43,927 nucleotides of DNA, from positions 17,380,472 through 17,424,398 of the forward strand of contig NC_057750.1 of NCBI RefSeq assembly GCF_004010195.1. The letters run 5' to 3'. Below, piece by piece: positions 11,790-24,869 of this stretch. The first letter of the stretch is position 1; the number at the start of each line of letters is the position of its first letter. Position numbers and translations under genes: made by a program. The notes beneath the pieces are model-generated. The model was not told where the DNA came from. It did no database searches and was given only the letters and a program-made list of their open reading frames with translations. The stretch is from Chiloscyllium plagiosum. Its lineage: Eukaryota.

Positions 11790-12652
11790 GAGGTTGCAAA
11801 AGTTCCACCATGTGCAGAGGGATGCCACCACCAGACACACATTCCACTCCCCCACCCGTCAGCCTTCTACAGGGACCGTTCCCTCCAAGACCCTGGGTCA
11901 CTCCTCCTTTGCTCCCAACACCCCTTACAGCACCTTCCCCTGCAACTGCAGAAGGTACAGCACTGACCCCTTTACTCCCTCCGTCCTCACTATCCAAGCC
12001 CCCCAGAGACACCTTCCAGGTGAAGCAGTGATCTATCTGCGCTTCACTCCATTTACTGTATTCGCTGCTCACCATGGGGTACCCTCTACATTGGGAACCA
12101 GAAGTACAGACTTGGTAACTGCTCTGTGGACCACCTACATTCTGCCCGCAAAAATGACCCTGAGCTTCCAGTTGCTTGCTCTTTCAACGCATCACTACCT
12201 TCTCTCGCCAACATCTCTGTCTCCGACTTGCTGTGGGGCTCCATTGAAGCTCAGCGCAAGCTGGAAGAACAATATCTCATTTTCTCCTTGGGGACCCTGC
12301 AGCCCTTCTGGACTCAGCATAGAGTTCAATAATGTTAGGGCCAGAGTACCGTTTCCCATGTCCATCCCCTGACCCCCTCACACCAGACCTTATCACAGGC
12401 TGCTACCACACACAATCCATTACCAACTTCTAATGGTCCCCATGAGCAGTTACTGATTGTCCGAGCTATCCTTTATCCATTCCTTTGTATGTCCAACTGT
12501 CTCTCTCGTGGGGTCCATCTCCATGTATCGTTTACTCCTTCCCCCTAACCCCCTCCTCGTCTGGAACATATATACCAACCCTTCTCTAAGTTACAATCCG
12601 ATCTAAAGAAGGTTCCTCAGACCATCAACATTAACTCTTCTTTCTGTCCACA
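11790..12652 (+). mobile_element. Penelope-like element, degenerate GIY-YIG region plus 3' end
   Basis: Frameshifted peptides TFPCNCRR.., LYIG (12085-12096), HLHSARKNDPELPVAC, AQRKLEEQYLIFSLGTLQP, GLSIEF. Confidence 0.85.
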
Positions 12653-13806
12653 TTCTCTCCAAGTAATGATGTGATCTTTGACACACCAGTGACTGAGCAC
12701 CCTGTACTCCAGTTTCTTCTCAGTTTGTTCCTCCATGAAGCCCAGAGGTTTGGAGAGACCTGTTGGTGGTGCGTGACCCTGGATCAAGACCTGGTCCTGT
12801 CTGAAGCTTCTGATTGGAGGGAATGTGCATTAGCGGGTGTCAAGCAGCGCTCAGTGGGTAAAAAGCTGTCCAGTCAGAGATTGTGGCTTTGAGTCCCACT
12901 TGGACACCAGACCACAGCCAGCTCCTCCCAAATGTTATTCCCACTGTGACCCCATTGAGAGTCTGAGAAACAGAAGGTTGGAACACCACAGTGACCATTT
13001 CAGCTCACGACCTGCCACCTGGGATCCTGAACAGCCTGGTCATGTCTGGGCTGACCTTTCAGCTTGGCTGCACTGTCAGAAATACCACTGTGTGGAGCAC
13101 CATTAAGCTAAAGCCCACACAGGCCTCTTAGGTTGAAGGTACCAAGGCACTTTTTGAAGGGTGGTAGGGACCGGGATTAGTTAACATGGCTTTGTACACA
13201 GGAGTACTCGAGTATGCAGGTCAACTTCATATTTATTCTTCACAATCTCAGCTTGCTAAATAGAATTCAGTCAAGTACACTATCCTAGCATTGTCCACTC
13301 TCTGTCACAAGTTGGTCTGAAATGTACATCGTGTCAATGGTCAACCTTTAAATTTGGTTTATATTTTCAAACTGAAACCATTCGCTCTCGCTCCGTTTCT
13401 TACCCTGTTTACAGGAGTCTGTACTCTCTAGTCTGCTCTGAAGGCTGATACAAGCCTTCTAGAAGGTTCTTCTGCAGCCATTTTTGCTGCTGTGGACCAT
13501 CCGGGTGTTCAAGGTACACGCCCGCTTTTTGTATCATTTGCTGGGTGTTATTTACAATATTTTATTATTCATGGCCGATCGGATAATAGTGCACATCCTC
13601 CAGACAGTAATTGATTCAGAGTCCAGTATTGTTTTCTGCATCACGGAATCTTCGGATTTTCCTGGATTTTCCACTTTCGGATGACAGGTCGCTGACTGGA
13701 AATGTGAACTGTGTGTCCCTGCCCAGACCTACTGATCTCCACAACCTTCCTGTACCTTGTATCGAGAATTGGCTGTTGTAATGTGCCTTCCAGTACTTGC
13801 TCGAGA

Positions 13807-13906
13807 CAAAAATAGAAGTTGCTGGAAAAGCTCAGCAGGTCTGGCAGCGTCTGTAAAGAGAAATCAGAGATAATGTTTTAGGCCGGATGACTCTCCCTCA
13901 GAACTA
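13807..13906 (-). mobile_element. Penelope-like 3' end
   Basis: GCTGGAAAAGCTCAGCAGGTCTGGCAGC, same family as 23354 and 39700; GCTCGAGA/GCTTGAGA flanks. Confidence 0.7.
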
Positions 13907-14084
13907 GCTTGAGAGCCTGTTTATACAATCCTATTTAATCCCCACCACAGGGTGCCCTAATCAAATGAATGAGCCGCGACATTGCTGCTAATTGTGTCAG
14001 TGTAAGCTGATAGTGGTCTGAGGGAGAATTTGGGTCAGAAAGTGAGTATGTGGAATTTGCATTAAAGTGAAAATTCAACTGTAG

Positions 14085-14265
14085 CCTCAACATAGAGTGC
14101 ACCAGCATCAAAATCTCCCCATCCCCAACCTCATCCCATGTCCAGCCTCCTTGACCTAACCTGTCCATCTTCCTTCTCACCTATCTGCTCCATCCTTCCC
14201 ACTAACCAATTACAATAACCTCCCACCTGCACTGTCCCACCTATTTACCCCCAACTCCACCCCTC
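14085..14265 (+). mobile_element. Penelope-like fragment (ORF end plus C-rich UTR)
   Basis: GCCTCAACATAGAGT (LNIE) followed by a C-rich tract like 1-110 and 12360-12560. Confidence 0.5.
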
Positions 14266-17200
14266 AGGGCATGGTTAGGAACATGGGACTGGGATATCAT
14301 AGCAATTACAGAAACGTGGCTCAGGGATGGACAGGACTGGCAGCTTAATGTTCAGGAAGGATAGAAAGGGAGGCGAGAGAGGAGGGGGAGTAGCATTTTT
14401 TGATAAGGGATAGCATTACAGCTGTGCTGAGGGAGGGTATTCCTGGAAATACATCCAGGGAAGTTATTTATAGAAAGGGAGGCGAGAGAGGAGGGGGAGT
14501 AGCATTTTTTGATAAGGGGATAGCATTACAATTGTGCTGAGGGAGGGTATTCCTGGAAATACATCCAGGGAAGTTATTTGGGTGTAACTGAGAAATAAGA
14601 AAGGGATGATCACCTTATTGGGATTGTATTGTAGACCCCCAAATAGTAGGGGAAATTGAGAAACAAACTTGTAAGCAGATCTCAATTATCTGTAAGAATA
14701 ATAGGGCGGTCATGGTAGAGGATTTTAACTTTCCAAACATAGACTGGGACTGCCATAGTTTAGATGGAGAGGAATTTGTTAAGTGTGTACAAGAACACTT
14801 TCTGATTCAGTATGTGGATGTACCTACTAGAGAAGGTGCAAAACTTGACCTACTCTTGGGAAATAAGGCAGGGCAGGTGACTGAGGCGTCAGTGGGGGAG
14901 CACTTTGGGGCCAGCGACCATAATTCTATTAGTTTTAAAATAGTGATGGAAAAGGATAGACCAGATCTAAAAGTTGAAGTTCTAAATTTGAGAAAGGCCA
15001 ATTTTGACGGTATTAGGCAAGAACTTTCGAAAGCTGATTGGGGGCAGATGTTCGCAGGTAAAGGGACGGCTGGAAAATGGGAAGCCTTCAGAAATGAGAT
15101 AACGAGAATCCAGAGAAATATATTCCTGTTCAGGTGAAAGGAAAGGCTGGTCGGTATAGGGAATGCTGGATGACTAAAGAAATTGAGGGTTTGGTTAAGA
15201 AAAAGAAGGACGCATATGTCAGGTATAGACAGGAAAGATCGAATGAATCCTTAGATAAGTATAAAGGCAGTAGGAGTATACTTAAGAGGGAAATCAGGAG
15301 GGCAAAAAGGGGACAGGAGATAGATTTGGCAAATAGGGTTAAGAAGAATCCAAAGGGTTTTTACAAGTATATTAAGGAGAAAGGGTAACTAGGGAGAGAA
15401 TAGGGCCCCTCAAAGATGATCAAGGCAGCCTTTGTGTGGAGCCACAGGTGATGGGGGAGATACTAAACGAGTATTTTACATCCGTGTTTACTGTGGAAAA
15501 GGATATGGTAGATATAGAATGTGGGAAAATAGATGGTGACATCTTGCAAAATGTCCAGATTACAGAGGAGAAAGTGCTGGATGTCTTGAAATGAATAAAG
15601 ATGGATAAATCTCCAGGACCTGATCAGGTGTACGCGAGAACTCTGTGGGAAGCTAGGGAAGTGATTGCTGGGCCTCTTGCTGAGATATTTGTATCATCGA
15701 TAGTCACAGGTGAGGTGCTGGAAGACTGGAGGTTGGTAAACGTGGTGCCACTGTTTAAGAAGGGTGGTAAGGACAAGCCAGGGAACTATAGACCGGTGAG
15801 CATGATGTTGGTGGTGGGCAAGTTGTTGGAGGGAATCCTATGGGACAGGATGTATATGGATTTGGAAAGGCAAGGACTGATTAGGGAGAGTCAACATGGC
15901 TTTGTGTGTGGGAAATCATGTCTCACAAACTTGAGTATTTTGAAGAAGTAACAAAGAAGATTGATGAGGGCAGAGCAGTAGATGTGATCTATATGGACTT
16001 CAGTAAGGCATTTGACAAGGTTCCCCATGGGAGACTGATTAGCAAGATTAGATCTCATGGAATACAGGGAGAACTAGCCATTTGGATACAGAACTGNNNN
16101 NNNNNNNNNNNNNNNNNNNNNNNNNNNNNNNNNNNNNNNNNNNNNNNNNNNNNNNNNNNNNNNNNNNNNNNNNNNNNNNNNNNNNNNNNNNNNNNNNNNN
16201 NNNNNNNNNNNNNNNNNNNNNNNNNNNNNNNNNNNNNNNNNNNNNNNNNNNNNNNNNNNNNNNNNNNNNNNNNNNNNNNNNNNNNNNNNNNNNNNNNNNN
16301 NNNNNNNNNNNNNNNNNNNNNNNNNNNNNNNNNNNNNNNNNNNNNNNNNNNNNNNNNNNNNNNNNNNNNNNNNNNNNNNNNNNNNNNNNNNNNNNNNNNN
16401 NNNNNNNNNNNNNNNNNNNNNNNNNNNNNNNNNNNNNNNNNNNNNNNNNNNNNNNNNNNNNNNNNNNNNNNNNNNNNNNNNNNNNNNNNNNNNNNNNNNN
16501 NNNNNNNNNNNNNNNNNNNNNNNNNNNNNNNNNNNNNNNNNNNNNNNNNNNNNNNNNNNNNNNNNNNNNNNNNNNNNNNNNNNNNNNNNNNNNNNNNNNN
16601 NNNNNNNNNNNNNNNNNNNNNNNNNNNNNNNNNNNNNNNNNNNNNNNNNNNNNNNNNNNNNNNNNNNNNNNNNNNNNNNNNNNNNNNNNNNNNNNNNNNN
16701 NNNNNNNNNNNNNNNNNNNNNNNNNNNNNNNNNNNNNNNNNNNNNNNNNNNNNNNNNNNNNNNNNNNNNNNNNNNNNNNNNNNNNNNNNNNNNNNNNNNN
16801 NNNNNNNNNNNNNNNNNNNNNNNNNNNNNNNNNNNNNNNNNNNNNNNNNNNNNNNNNNNNNNNNNNNNNNNNNNNNNNNNNNNNNNNNNNNNNNNNNNNN
16901 NNNNNNNNNNNNNNNNNNNNNNNNNNNNNNNNNNNNNNNNNNNNNNNNNNNGCTGAACAAAGAGACCTTGGAGTGCAGGTTCATAGCTCCTTGAAAGTGG
17001 AGTCGCAGGTAGATAGGTTAGTGAAGAAGGCGTTTGGTATGCTTTCCTTTACTGGTCAGAGTATTGAGTACAGGAGTTGGGAGGTCATGTTGCGGCTGTA
17101 CAGGACATTGGTTAGGCCATTGTTGGAATATTGCATGCAATGCTGGTCTCCTTCTGATCGGAAAGATGTTTTGAAACTTGAAAGGGGTTCAGAAAAGATT

Positions 17201-17669
17201 TACAAGGATGTTGCCAGGGTTGGAGGATTTGAGTATAGGGAGAGGCTGAACAGGCTGGGGCTGTTTTCCCTGGAGCATCAGGGGCTGAGGGGTGACTTTA
17301 TAGAGGTTTATAAAATAATGAGGGGCAATGGATAGGATAAATAGGCAAAGTCTTTTCCCTGGTGTCGGGGAGTCCAGAACTAGAGGGCATAGGTTTAGGG
17401 TGAGAGGGGAAAGATATAAAAGAGACCAAGGGGCAACTGTTTCACACAGACGGTGGTACGTGTATGGAATGAGCTGCCAGAGGAAGTAGTGGAGGCTGGT
17501 ACCATTACAACATTTAAGAGCCATCTGGATGGGTATATGAATAGGAAGGGTTTGGAGGGATATGGGCCGGGTGCTGGCAGGTGGGACTAGATTGGGTTGG
17601 GATATCTTGTCGGCATGGCCGGGTTGGACCGAAGGGTCTGTTTCCATGCTGTACATCTCTATGACTCTA
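14266..17669 (+). mobile_element. HER1/CR1 LINE, 5'-truncated, ORF2 with stops and frameshifts, spanning a gap
   Basis: APE motifs (IIAITETWL, xDFNFPNIDW, SDHN), RT motifs (NYRPVS, QHGF, YMDFSKAFDKVPHG), C-terminal RPLLEYC, tail CTCTATGACTCTA; internal ~109-bp duplication at 14362-14579. Confidence 0.92.
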
Positions 17670-17671
17670 AG

Positions 17672-17890
17672 TCGTTCACCATCTTGATTTGGAAATATAT
17701 CGAAGTCCCTTCATTGCTGCTGGGTCAGAATCCTGGATTTCCCTCGCTAATGGCACTGTGAGTAAGTCTATACCGTACGGACTGCTTTATTTCAAGAAGG
17801 CAACTCACTACCACCACCTGCACGGTAATTTTGGACAGGCAGTAAACACTGGCTCAGCCAATGCTGCCCAATTCCAGAAATGAATAAAGG
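17672..17890 (+). mobile_element. Second CR1-group LINE family, 3' end
   Basis: TTGGAAATATATCG...TTCAAGAAGGCA.CTCAC.ACCACC...GAATAAA, shared with 32885, 37675, 38535 and 40935. Confidence 0.75.
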
Positions 17891-17984
17891 AAAATAATAA
17901 TGGAAAATCAGTGGAATGTCTTCCTCAGAGGGTGCTGAATCGCTGGAATTCTCTATCCTGGGGGAGTTTGGAGGTTTTTGCATT

Positions 17985-18472
17985 GCCATACAGCCTGGAA
18001 ACAGACCCTTCAGTCCAACTCATCCACGCTGACCTGATATCCTAAATTAATCTCGCCCCATTTGCCAGCACTTGGCCCATATCCCTTTAAACCCTTCCTA
18101 TTCAAGTCATCATCCAGGCGCCTTTTAAATGTTGAAATTGTACCAGCCTCCACCACTTCCTCTGACACCTCATTCCATACATGACAAAATGACCCTGAAG
18201 GTTCCTTTTAAATCTTTCCCCTCTCAACTTAAACCTATGCCCTCTATGTTTGGACTCACCCACCCTGGGGAAAAGATTTTGTCTATTTGCCCTATCCATG
18301 CCCCTTATGATAAACCCCTAGAAGGTCACCCCTCAGCCTCTGACACTGGGGGCAAAAAGAAAACCCCAGGCCATTCAGCCTCTCCCTATAGCTCAAACCT
18401 TCCAACTCTGGCAGCATCCTTATAAATCTTTTCTGCACCCTTTCAAGTTTCGCATCTTTCCTGTAGCAGAAT
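17985..18472 (-). mobile_element. HER1 3' fragment inserted in an older CR1 3' end (17900-18650)
   Basis: LERVQKRFIRMLPELEGLSYRERL peptide; GCTGGAATTCTCTA repeated at 17942-17955 and 18474-18487. Confidence 0.8.
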
Positions 18473-19120
18473 TGCTGGAATTCTCTACCCCAGAGGATTA
18501 TGGAGGCTTTCTCATTGATTACGTTCAAGGCAGAAATCAATAGGTTATTGATTATTATTCAAGATGTCGGGGGATCTGGAGAATGGTAGTGAGGGGGTTC
18601 ATCCATAAATGGTGGTGCAGGCTTGTTGAGCTGAAGGTCCTGCACATATTTCAATGCCCCTGTAATTGAGCTTGTTCACCTGTATGTTTTTCCCTTCCCT
18701 TCGAGGACAGCGGAGAAAAAAATTGCAAGGATTGTCAGGCGAGGTAGCAATCTGCTGAACTGTGTCCTGAACACTCCTTGTGTGGCCAGCTCCCTGGAGT
18801 GGCACTTGAACTGGAACTTACCTACTGGGGCATATGGCCTCTGTTTAGCTGCTCAAGTATTCTTCTGAAATGAGGAACGGTGTTGTGTGGAGGAAGCCTC
18901 CTCAGAATTGGGTGGAGCCTTTTCACATTGATCTTTTAATGCCCAGCTAATTCACGACAATGCTGTCTCTTTGCCCAGTGTTCCTCCTGGTCTGCGTAGC
19001 TGGGCACCTCCACACAATCTCTGCTCTTTCAACTTTTCACTTTGATTCTTTTAGTTTAGTTTTGTCTATCATTTTGAGAGCTGAACCTTCCCTGGCATTC
19101 AGCCTGTGTTTATAGTAATG

Positions 19121-19341
19121 AAGTTAAAAATCACACAACACCAGGCCAAAGTCCCACAGGTTTATTTGGAAGCACTGGCTTTCGGAGCACTGCTCCTTCA
19201 TCAGGCATCCTTCATCACAACCACCTGATGAAGGAGCGTCGCTCCGAAAGCTAGTGCTTCCAAATAAACCTGTTGGACTATAACCTGATGTTGTATGATT
19301 TTTAACTTTGTACACCCCAGTCCAACACCGGCATCTCCAAA
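19121..19341 (+). mobile_element. Fold-back Penelope-derived mini-element with intact hammerhead core
   Basis: Inverted arms 19121-19205 / 19224-19309; CAC-CTGATGA-A-GGAGC-GTC-GCTCC-GAAAGCTA-GTG (19222-19256); TSD TTATAGTA(A/T)TG. Confidence 0.82.
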
Positions 19342-20104
19342 TTATAGTATTGAATGCTTCAAATGTGAATACTTTGTGTCTCAACTGTCAGGAACGAAGG
19401 TTGAATAGAAAGGAAAATTGATCAAAAGGCTATAGGGAAGTGATTCGACTTGTCAGGAAAAACTGGGAGAGGAATCTGGGTGCCAGGATATATTCCCCTG
19501 ATGGACAGTAACATGAATAACACAGTATCCAATTATTGCCACAGTGCTAGTGAGGTTTTATCTTAAACCAGCAGAGCAATCACAAGGACATTGTGTCTCC
19601 TGCACCATTAATATCCAGTGGTGTGTTGCTGAGTGTCCATCCCTCCTGTTTATCATTCAGTTCCACAAACGTAGGCTCAGACTGTTACTTGGTGGTTTAC
19701 AGGGACAGGAAAACAAGGCAAGCCAAGTGGGTTAAAACTGGGCTGGGCACTGCCAGTCAGAGGTGGGTCACCACCAAGAAGCAAGTTTACATTGAGACCA
19801 GGCTAAGGCACTGAGGGCCAGACTGGTCTCTCAAAGTGGTTGGTTGGACCATTGTGTTGGGATTGGACAGAGTGGAGAATCTCAGGTTGGTAATGCCAGG
19901 TTGGGATTGGTCAGGAGGGCAGGTTGAACCGTACCTACTGGACAATGGAGAAAACACAGAGGTGGAAGTCATGTGCTCCGGGAATGGCAGCACTGAGTGA
20001 TTCGGATTTGGTGAAAGCTGGGGGCAAATTCTTAACTACGTCCTGCCTCTGAGAGACAGCTTTACCTTGCTTCACGTTATTCTGACATCACCCAGCTCTA
20101 CCGA

Positions 20105-21600
20105 AAGCTCTTTATAAGTAGATCAGGAATAAAGAATGGCTAGGGAAAGATTAGGGGTCATCAAGGATAGTAGTGGAAATTTGTGCGTGGAGTCCAAGGA
20201 GATAAAAGAAGTGGTAAATGAATATTTTTCATTGTCTTTTTCCAGTGTGAATACTAATGTTGTTGGAGAGAATACTGAGATACAGGCAACTAGAGTAGAT
20301 AGGATTGAGGCTCACAAGGAGGAAGTGTTAGCAGTTCTGGAAAGTGTGAAAATAGATAAGTTCCTGGGCCAGTTGGGATTTCTCCTCGGATTCACTGGGA
20401 AGCCAGGGAGAAGATTGTTGAGCTTCTGGCTTTGATCTTTATGTCTCAGGAACCGTGCCAGAAGCCTGGAGGATAGCAAGTGTTGTCCCTTGTTCAAGAA
20501 GGGGAGTAGAGACAACCCTGGTCATTATAGACCAATGAGCCTTACTTCAGTTGTGGATAAAGTGTTGGAAAAGGTTATAAGAGATAAAATTTATAATCAT
20601 TCAGAGAGGAATAAGTTGATTAGGGATAGTCAACACGGTTTTGTGAAGGGTAGGTTGTGCCTCAGAAGCCTTACTGAGTTCTTTGAGAAGGTGACCAAAC
20701 AGGTGGATGAGGGTAAAGCGTTTGATGTGGTGTATATGGATTTCAGTAAGGTGTTTGATAAGGTTCCCCACAGTTGGTTATTGCACAAAATATGGATGCA
20801 TGGGATTGAGGGAGATATAACAGTTTGGATCAGAAATTGGCGAGCTGAAAGAAGACAGAGGGTGGTGGTTGGTGGGAAATATTCATCCTGGAGTTCAGTT
20901 ACTAGTGGTGAACCACAAGGATCTGTTTTGGGGCCACTGCTGTTTGTCATTTTTATGAATAACCTGAATGAAGGCGTAGAAGGATGGGTTAGTAATTTTG
21001 TGGATAACACTAAGGTCAGTGAAGTTGTGGATAGTGCTGAAGGGGATTGTTAAGGAGGCATACGGTGTGTTAGCTTGAATTGGTAGAAGGATCGAGTTTC
21101 AGAGCCATGAGGTCATGCTACAACTGTACAAAACTCTGGTGCGGCCGCACTTGGGGTATTGTATTAGGATGTTGCCTGGAAAAGAGCGAAGGTCTTTGAG
21201 GAAAGGCTGAGGGACTTGAGGCTATCTTCGTTAGAGAGAAGAAGGTTGAGAGGTGACTTAATTGAGCCGTTTAAGTTAATCAGAGGGTTAGATCGGGTGG
21301 ACAGTGAGAGCCTTTTTCCTCAGATGGTGATGGCTAGCACGAGGGGACATAGCTTTAAACTGAGGGGTGATGGATCTAGGACAGATGTCAGATGTAGTTT
21401 CTTTACTCGGAGTTGTAGGGGTGTGGAATGTCCTGCCTGCAACAGTAGTAAACTCGGCAGCACTAAGGGCATTTTAATGGTCATTGGATAAACATATGGA
21501 TGATAATGGAATAGTGTGGGTTAGATGGGCTTCAGATTGTGCCAACCTGTGGAACCAACGTTGAGGGCTGAAGAGCTTCTATTGCGCTGTAGTGTTCAAT
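20105..21600 (+). mobile_element. CR1 LINE, RT region plus 3' end, degenerate
   Basis: ORF 20490-21053: YRPMSLTSVV, QHGF, YMDFSKVFDKVPH, PQGSVLGPLLF, with FVDNTK in place of FADDTK; LERRRLRGDLIE downstream. Confidence 0.9.
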
Positions 21601-22724
21601 GTTTGCCTCACCCCTCCCAACACCACTCCTGCACCCTCGCACCCCTTCCTAACCTCCTTCCCACCCTCTCATACCCTCACCCGGTCTTCTCCACCCCCTC
21701 CTTCCTACCCTCGCAATCCCATGTGCACCTCTGCCCCCCAAATTAATCCTTCTGTCAAGCTGCATGAGGGATTTCCCTCTGTTAAACGTGCTAAATGGAT
21801 ATTGTTACACAGATGAAGAAAAATCAGAGAGTGAATGTTAAACTAAACATAAAAAATGTTTTGTTAAAAAAAGCACTTGGTGTCTTATGTTGTATGTGTA
21901 CTTTGTCTTTAAGAGACTTCCCTGTGGTGTGTGTACATAATGTTGTCACTCTGCCTGACAGCACTGTGTCTGACGGTCGGTCTGCTGTGGGTTCACTCAC
22001 ATAGGAACGAGCTGGTCTTCTTAACAACTAATACAGTGTTTTACTGTCGTAAATGAACCATCCGGCAGAGTTGATCAATTCCTGATGACTGACTGATGCT
22101 TAACCTGGAGCATTGTTCATTCTGAATGTCAGAGTGTGTGCATTGATGAACTGGCCCGATGATTGGGATCTGTGCTGTCTGTGGTGAAGTGTTGTTAGTT
22201 TGGTAACTGATGAGCAATGTTATGAATCATTGCAGACACATTGACTTTTTAAATGGTGTCGATTTGTCTGACTCATGGGCCTGAGTGGAGAAGGTTTCTG
22301 TAGCACATGAACAGGTTCCTGGAGGAGGGGGTTAGTGGAGGGTGATGGTGATACCTGGGAGGGACAGAGGAAGCTGTAGTCACTGTGTACCCATTCCATC
22401 TCCCTGTGGTTGCTGCACTGGCACCTCGCAGAGTCCAGCGGCAAAGAAAGAGTTAAAAATAAAACCCAGCAAAATGTCGACACAGCATCAACTGACCTAT
22501 AGCATCAGAAAGCAGCTCCTGGAAAATGAGCGGTTTCCATAGAAACAAACAGCAGCCTGGCTCTAGTTTATTGACATAAAATACTGGAGGGGGAATTCAG
22601 CACCTGAAAGTGATAAACGTTGCACTCCCTCAATATTGCAGCTCTATTCTCCCCTAAAACCATCTATTAATTATTCAAACTCTGTATTCCTGTGTCAAGA
22701 ATGCTTTAACCAGGACCTCACGAA

Positions 22725-23600
22725 ATAAGAAGACCAGAAAGAATTGGAACGGGGTAGACCATTCGGCCCCTCTGGTCTGCTCCACCATCCAACATTCCTC
22801 ACTTCCACTTTCCTGCCTCTTTTTCCTGTAATCCTTAATTCCCCAACTGATCAAGAATCTATGTATGGCAGCCTTAAATATACACAAGGATCCTGCCCCC
22901 ACTGATCTCTGCGGCAAGGAGTTCCAGAGACCCTCAACCCTCAGAGAAGAAATTCCCCCTTATCTCAGTCTTAAGTTGACGCCCCATTATTCTATGCCTT
23001 CTGGTCTTGATTTTTCCCATGAGGGCGAACATCCTCTCAGCATTGACCCTGTCATGCCCCTTAAGAATTCATTAGGTTTCAGTGAGATCACCCGCTGCCC
23101 ACTGGGGTTTTAGAAGGATGAGGGTCCCAATCTATTTAGTCTTTGCTCACAAGACAATCCGTCCACACCAGGGATCATCCCAGTGAACCGCCAGTGAACT
23201 GTCCTCAATGAAATGATGTCTTTCCTCAGATAATGGACCCCAAACTGCTCACAATGCTCCAGATCTCACTAGCACCTAGTACAGTTGCAGCAAGATTTCT
23301 CGGCTGTTCTGTTCCAACCCCTTTTGAAATAAGGGCCAACATTCCATTAGCCTCAAAACCTGGAGTCGCTGGAAAAGCTCGGCAGGTCTGGCCCCATCCG
23401 TGAAGAGAAATCGGAGTTAACGTTTTGGGTCCGGTGACCCTTCCTCTTAATGTTAACCCTGATTTCCCTGCACAGATGCTGCTGGACCCGCTGAGCTTTT
23501 CCAGCAACATCTGTTTGTTGTTTCTGATTTCCAACATCCACAGTTCTTTCAGTTTTTATTCCTTTAGCCATCCTGGTTACTTGCTGCTCCTGTGTGCTAG
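22725..23600 (-). mobile_element. CR1 LINE 3' portion
   Basis: Reverse tail GGAACGGGGTAGACCATTCGGCCCC followed by ORF2 C-terminal remnants; interrupted at 23354-23557. Confidence 0.75.
23354..23557 (+). mobile_element. Fold-back Penelope-like insertion (different family)
   Basis: Inverted arms GCTGGAAAAGCTCGGCAGGTC / GACCCGCTGAGCTTTTCCAGC; TSD ATTCC(A/T)TTAGCC on both sides. Confidence 0.7.
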
Positions 23601-23733
23601 CTTTCTCTGTGGGGTGGGTGAGTAGCCCCCCCCCCCCCCCCCCAGTCCCTTTGTTGCAAGCTGTCGCATTAACATTTTAGGCAAGGCGAACAAGCAAGAG
23701 CGCAGACAACTGAAAGGGGGGGGGGGGCGGTGA

Positions 23734-24020
23734 TTTAGATTAGATTCCCTACAGTGTTGAGGGAACAAGTCCACACCGACCCTCCAAAGAGTAACACCCA
23801 GACCCATTTCCCTCTGACTAATGCACCTAGCACTACTGGCACTTTTAATCATCTTTGGACTGAGACATTTTTGGGGTATGGGGGGGGAAACTGGACCAAA
23901 CCCACGCAGACACGGGGAGAATGTGCAAACTCCACACAGACAGTCGCCCGAGGCTGGAATCGAACCTGTGGCCCTGGTGCTATGAGGCAGCAGTGCTAAC
24001 CACTGAGCCACTGTGCTGCC
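23734..24020 (-). mobile_element. HE1-type V-SINE
   Basis: Same head, V-domain and tail as 10300-10593. Confidence 0.9.
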
Positions 24021-24478
24021 CCCACGGTGGTAGAGAAGGGGGTGGTGCAGAAAGATTGCAGCTTGAAAAGAGTAAGAGCACAATAAGCGAGGGGGTATTG
24101 CTGCAAAAAAGACCCATTTGGTTGAAGCTTCTCATCCTGGGTTTGTCAGGATCGTTTGCAAGAATACCAATTCAAGAGGCAATCCAACACTTTCACTTCC
24201 TGAAAGGCAAGCATTGATTGATTGGTTGGTTAGCAAACTGATTCTGTTAGAGTCACCCTCTTTTAGAATATGTGCTCTTTCTTTTAAATTGCCTCCCCAC
24301 ATTGTTCCTCCCCAAAGCAGCTCAGGCCTACACCCCCATTTAGAAGAATTAGGCGTGATCTGATTCTGAGGGTATAGTCTCAAGAATAAAGGGAGGCCAC
24401 TTGTCACAGAGGGTGGAGAGTCTTTGGAATTCCTTGCGCAGAGAGGTGCAGGGTCACACCCCTTGTTTAGAAGGATGA

Positions 24479-24790
24479 GGGGTGGCACGGTAGCTCAGTG
24501 GTTAGCACTGCTGCCTCACAGCGCCAGGGAACCGGGTTCGATTCCAGTCTCGGGCAACTGGTTATGTGGAGTTTGCGCATTCCCCCTGTGCCTGCGTGAG
24601 TTTCCTCCCACAGTCCAAAAGATGTTCAGGCTAGGTGAAGTGGCCATGCTGAATTGCCCATAGTGTGCAGGCTAGGTGGGTTAGCCATAGGAAATGCAGG
24701 GTTACAGCGATAGGGTAGGGGCATGCATCTGGGTGAGATGGTCTTGATGGGCTGAATGGCCTTGCCTCTATGCCTGAGGGCTCCTATGAT
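24479..24790 (+). mobile_element. HE1-type V-SINE (different tail subfamily)
   Basis: GGTGGCACGGTAGCTCAGTGGTTAGCAC...GGTTCGATTCC; tail GGG.TCCTATGATTC. Confidence 0.88.
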
Positions 24791-24869
24791 TCGAACGAGT
24801 AAGATTTGACTTGTCAGGACCTCATTGATGTTGGAGATCCACACCTTGTGGGAGTGAGTGGAGCGAGGG

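Noticed and set aside
13415..13513. Selenoprotein-like CSEG-TGA-YKP reading
   Set aside because: Spacing does not match the CxxU-G-Y motif of the SelW family, downstream residues are unlike it, and no SECIS was seen.
15906..17335. Long ORFs spanning N runs (also 25553-26373, 39960-40688, 41271-42115)
   Set aside because: Artefacts of gap translation.
14266..17669. Active HER1 LINE
   Set aside because: 5'-truncated, with an internal duplication, in-frame stops and frameshifts.
21890..22220. Possible H/ACA (ACATAA...ACA) and C/D (TGATGA...CTGA) snoRNAs
   Set aside because: Weak stems, non-consensus C box, and no rRNA or snRNA guide complementarity I can recognise.
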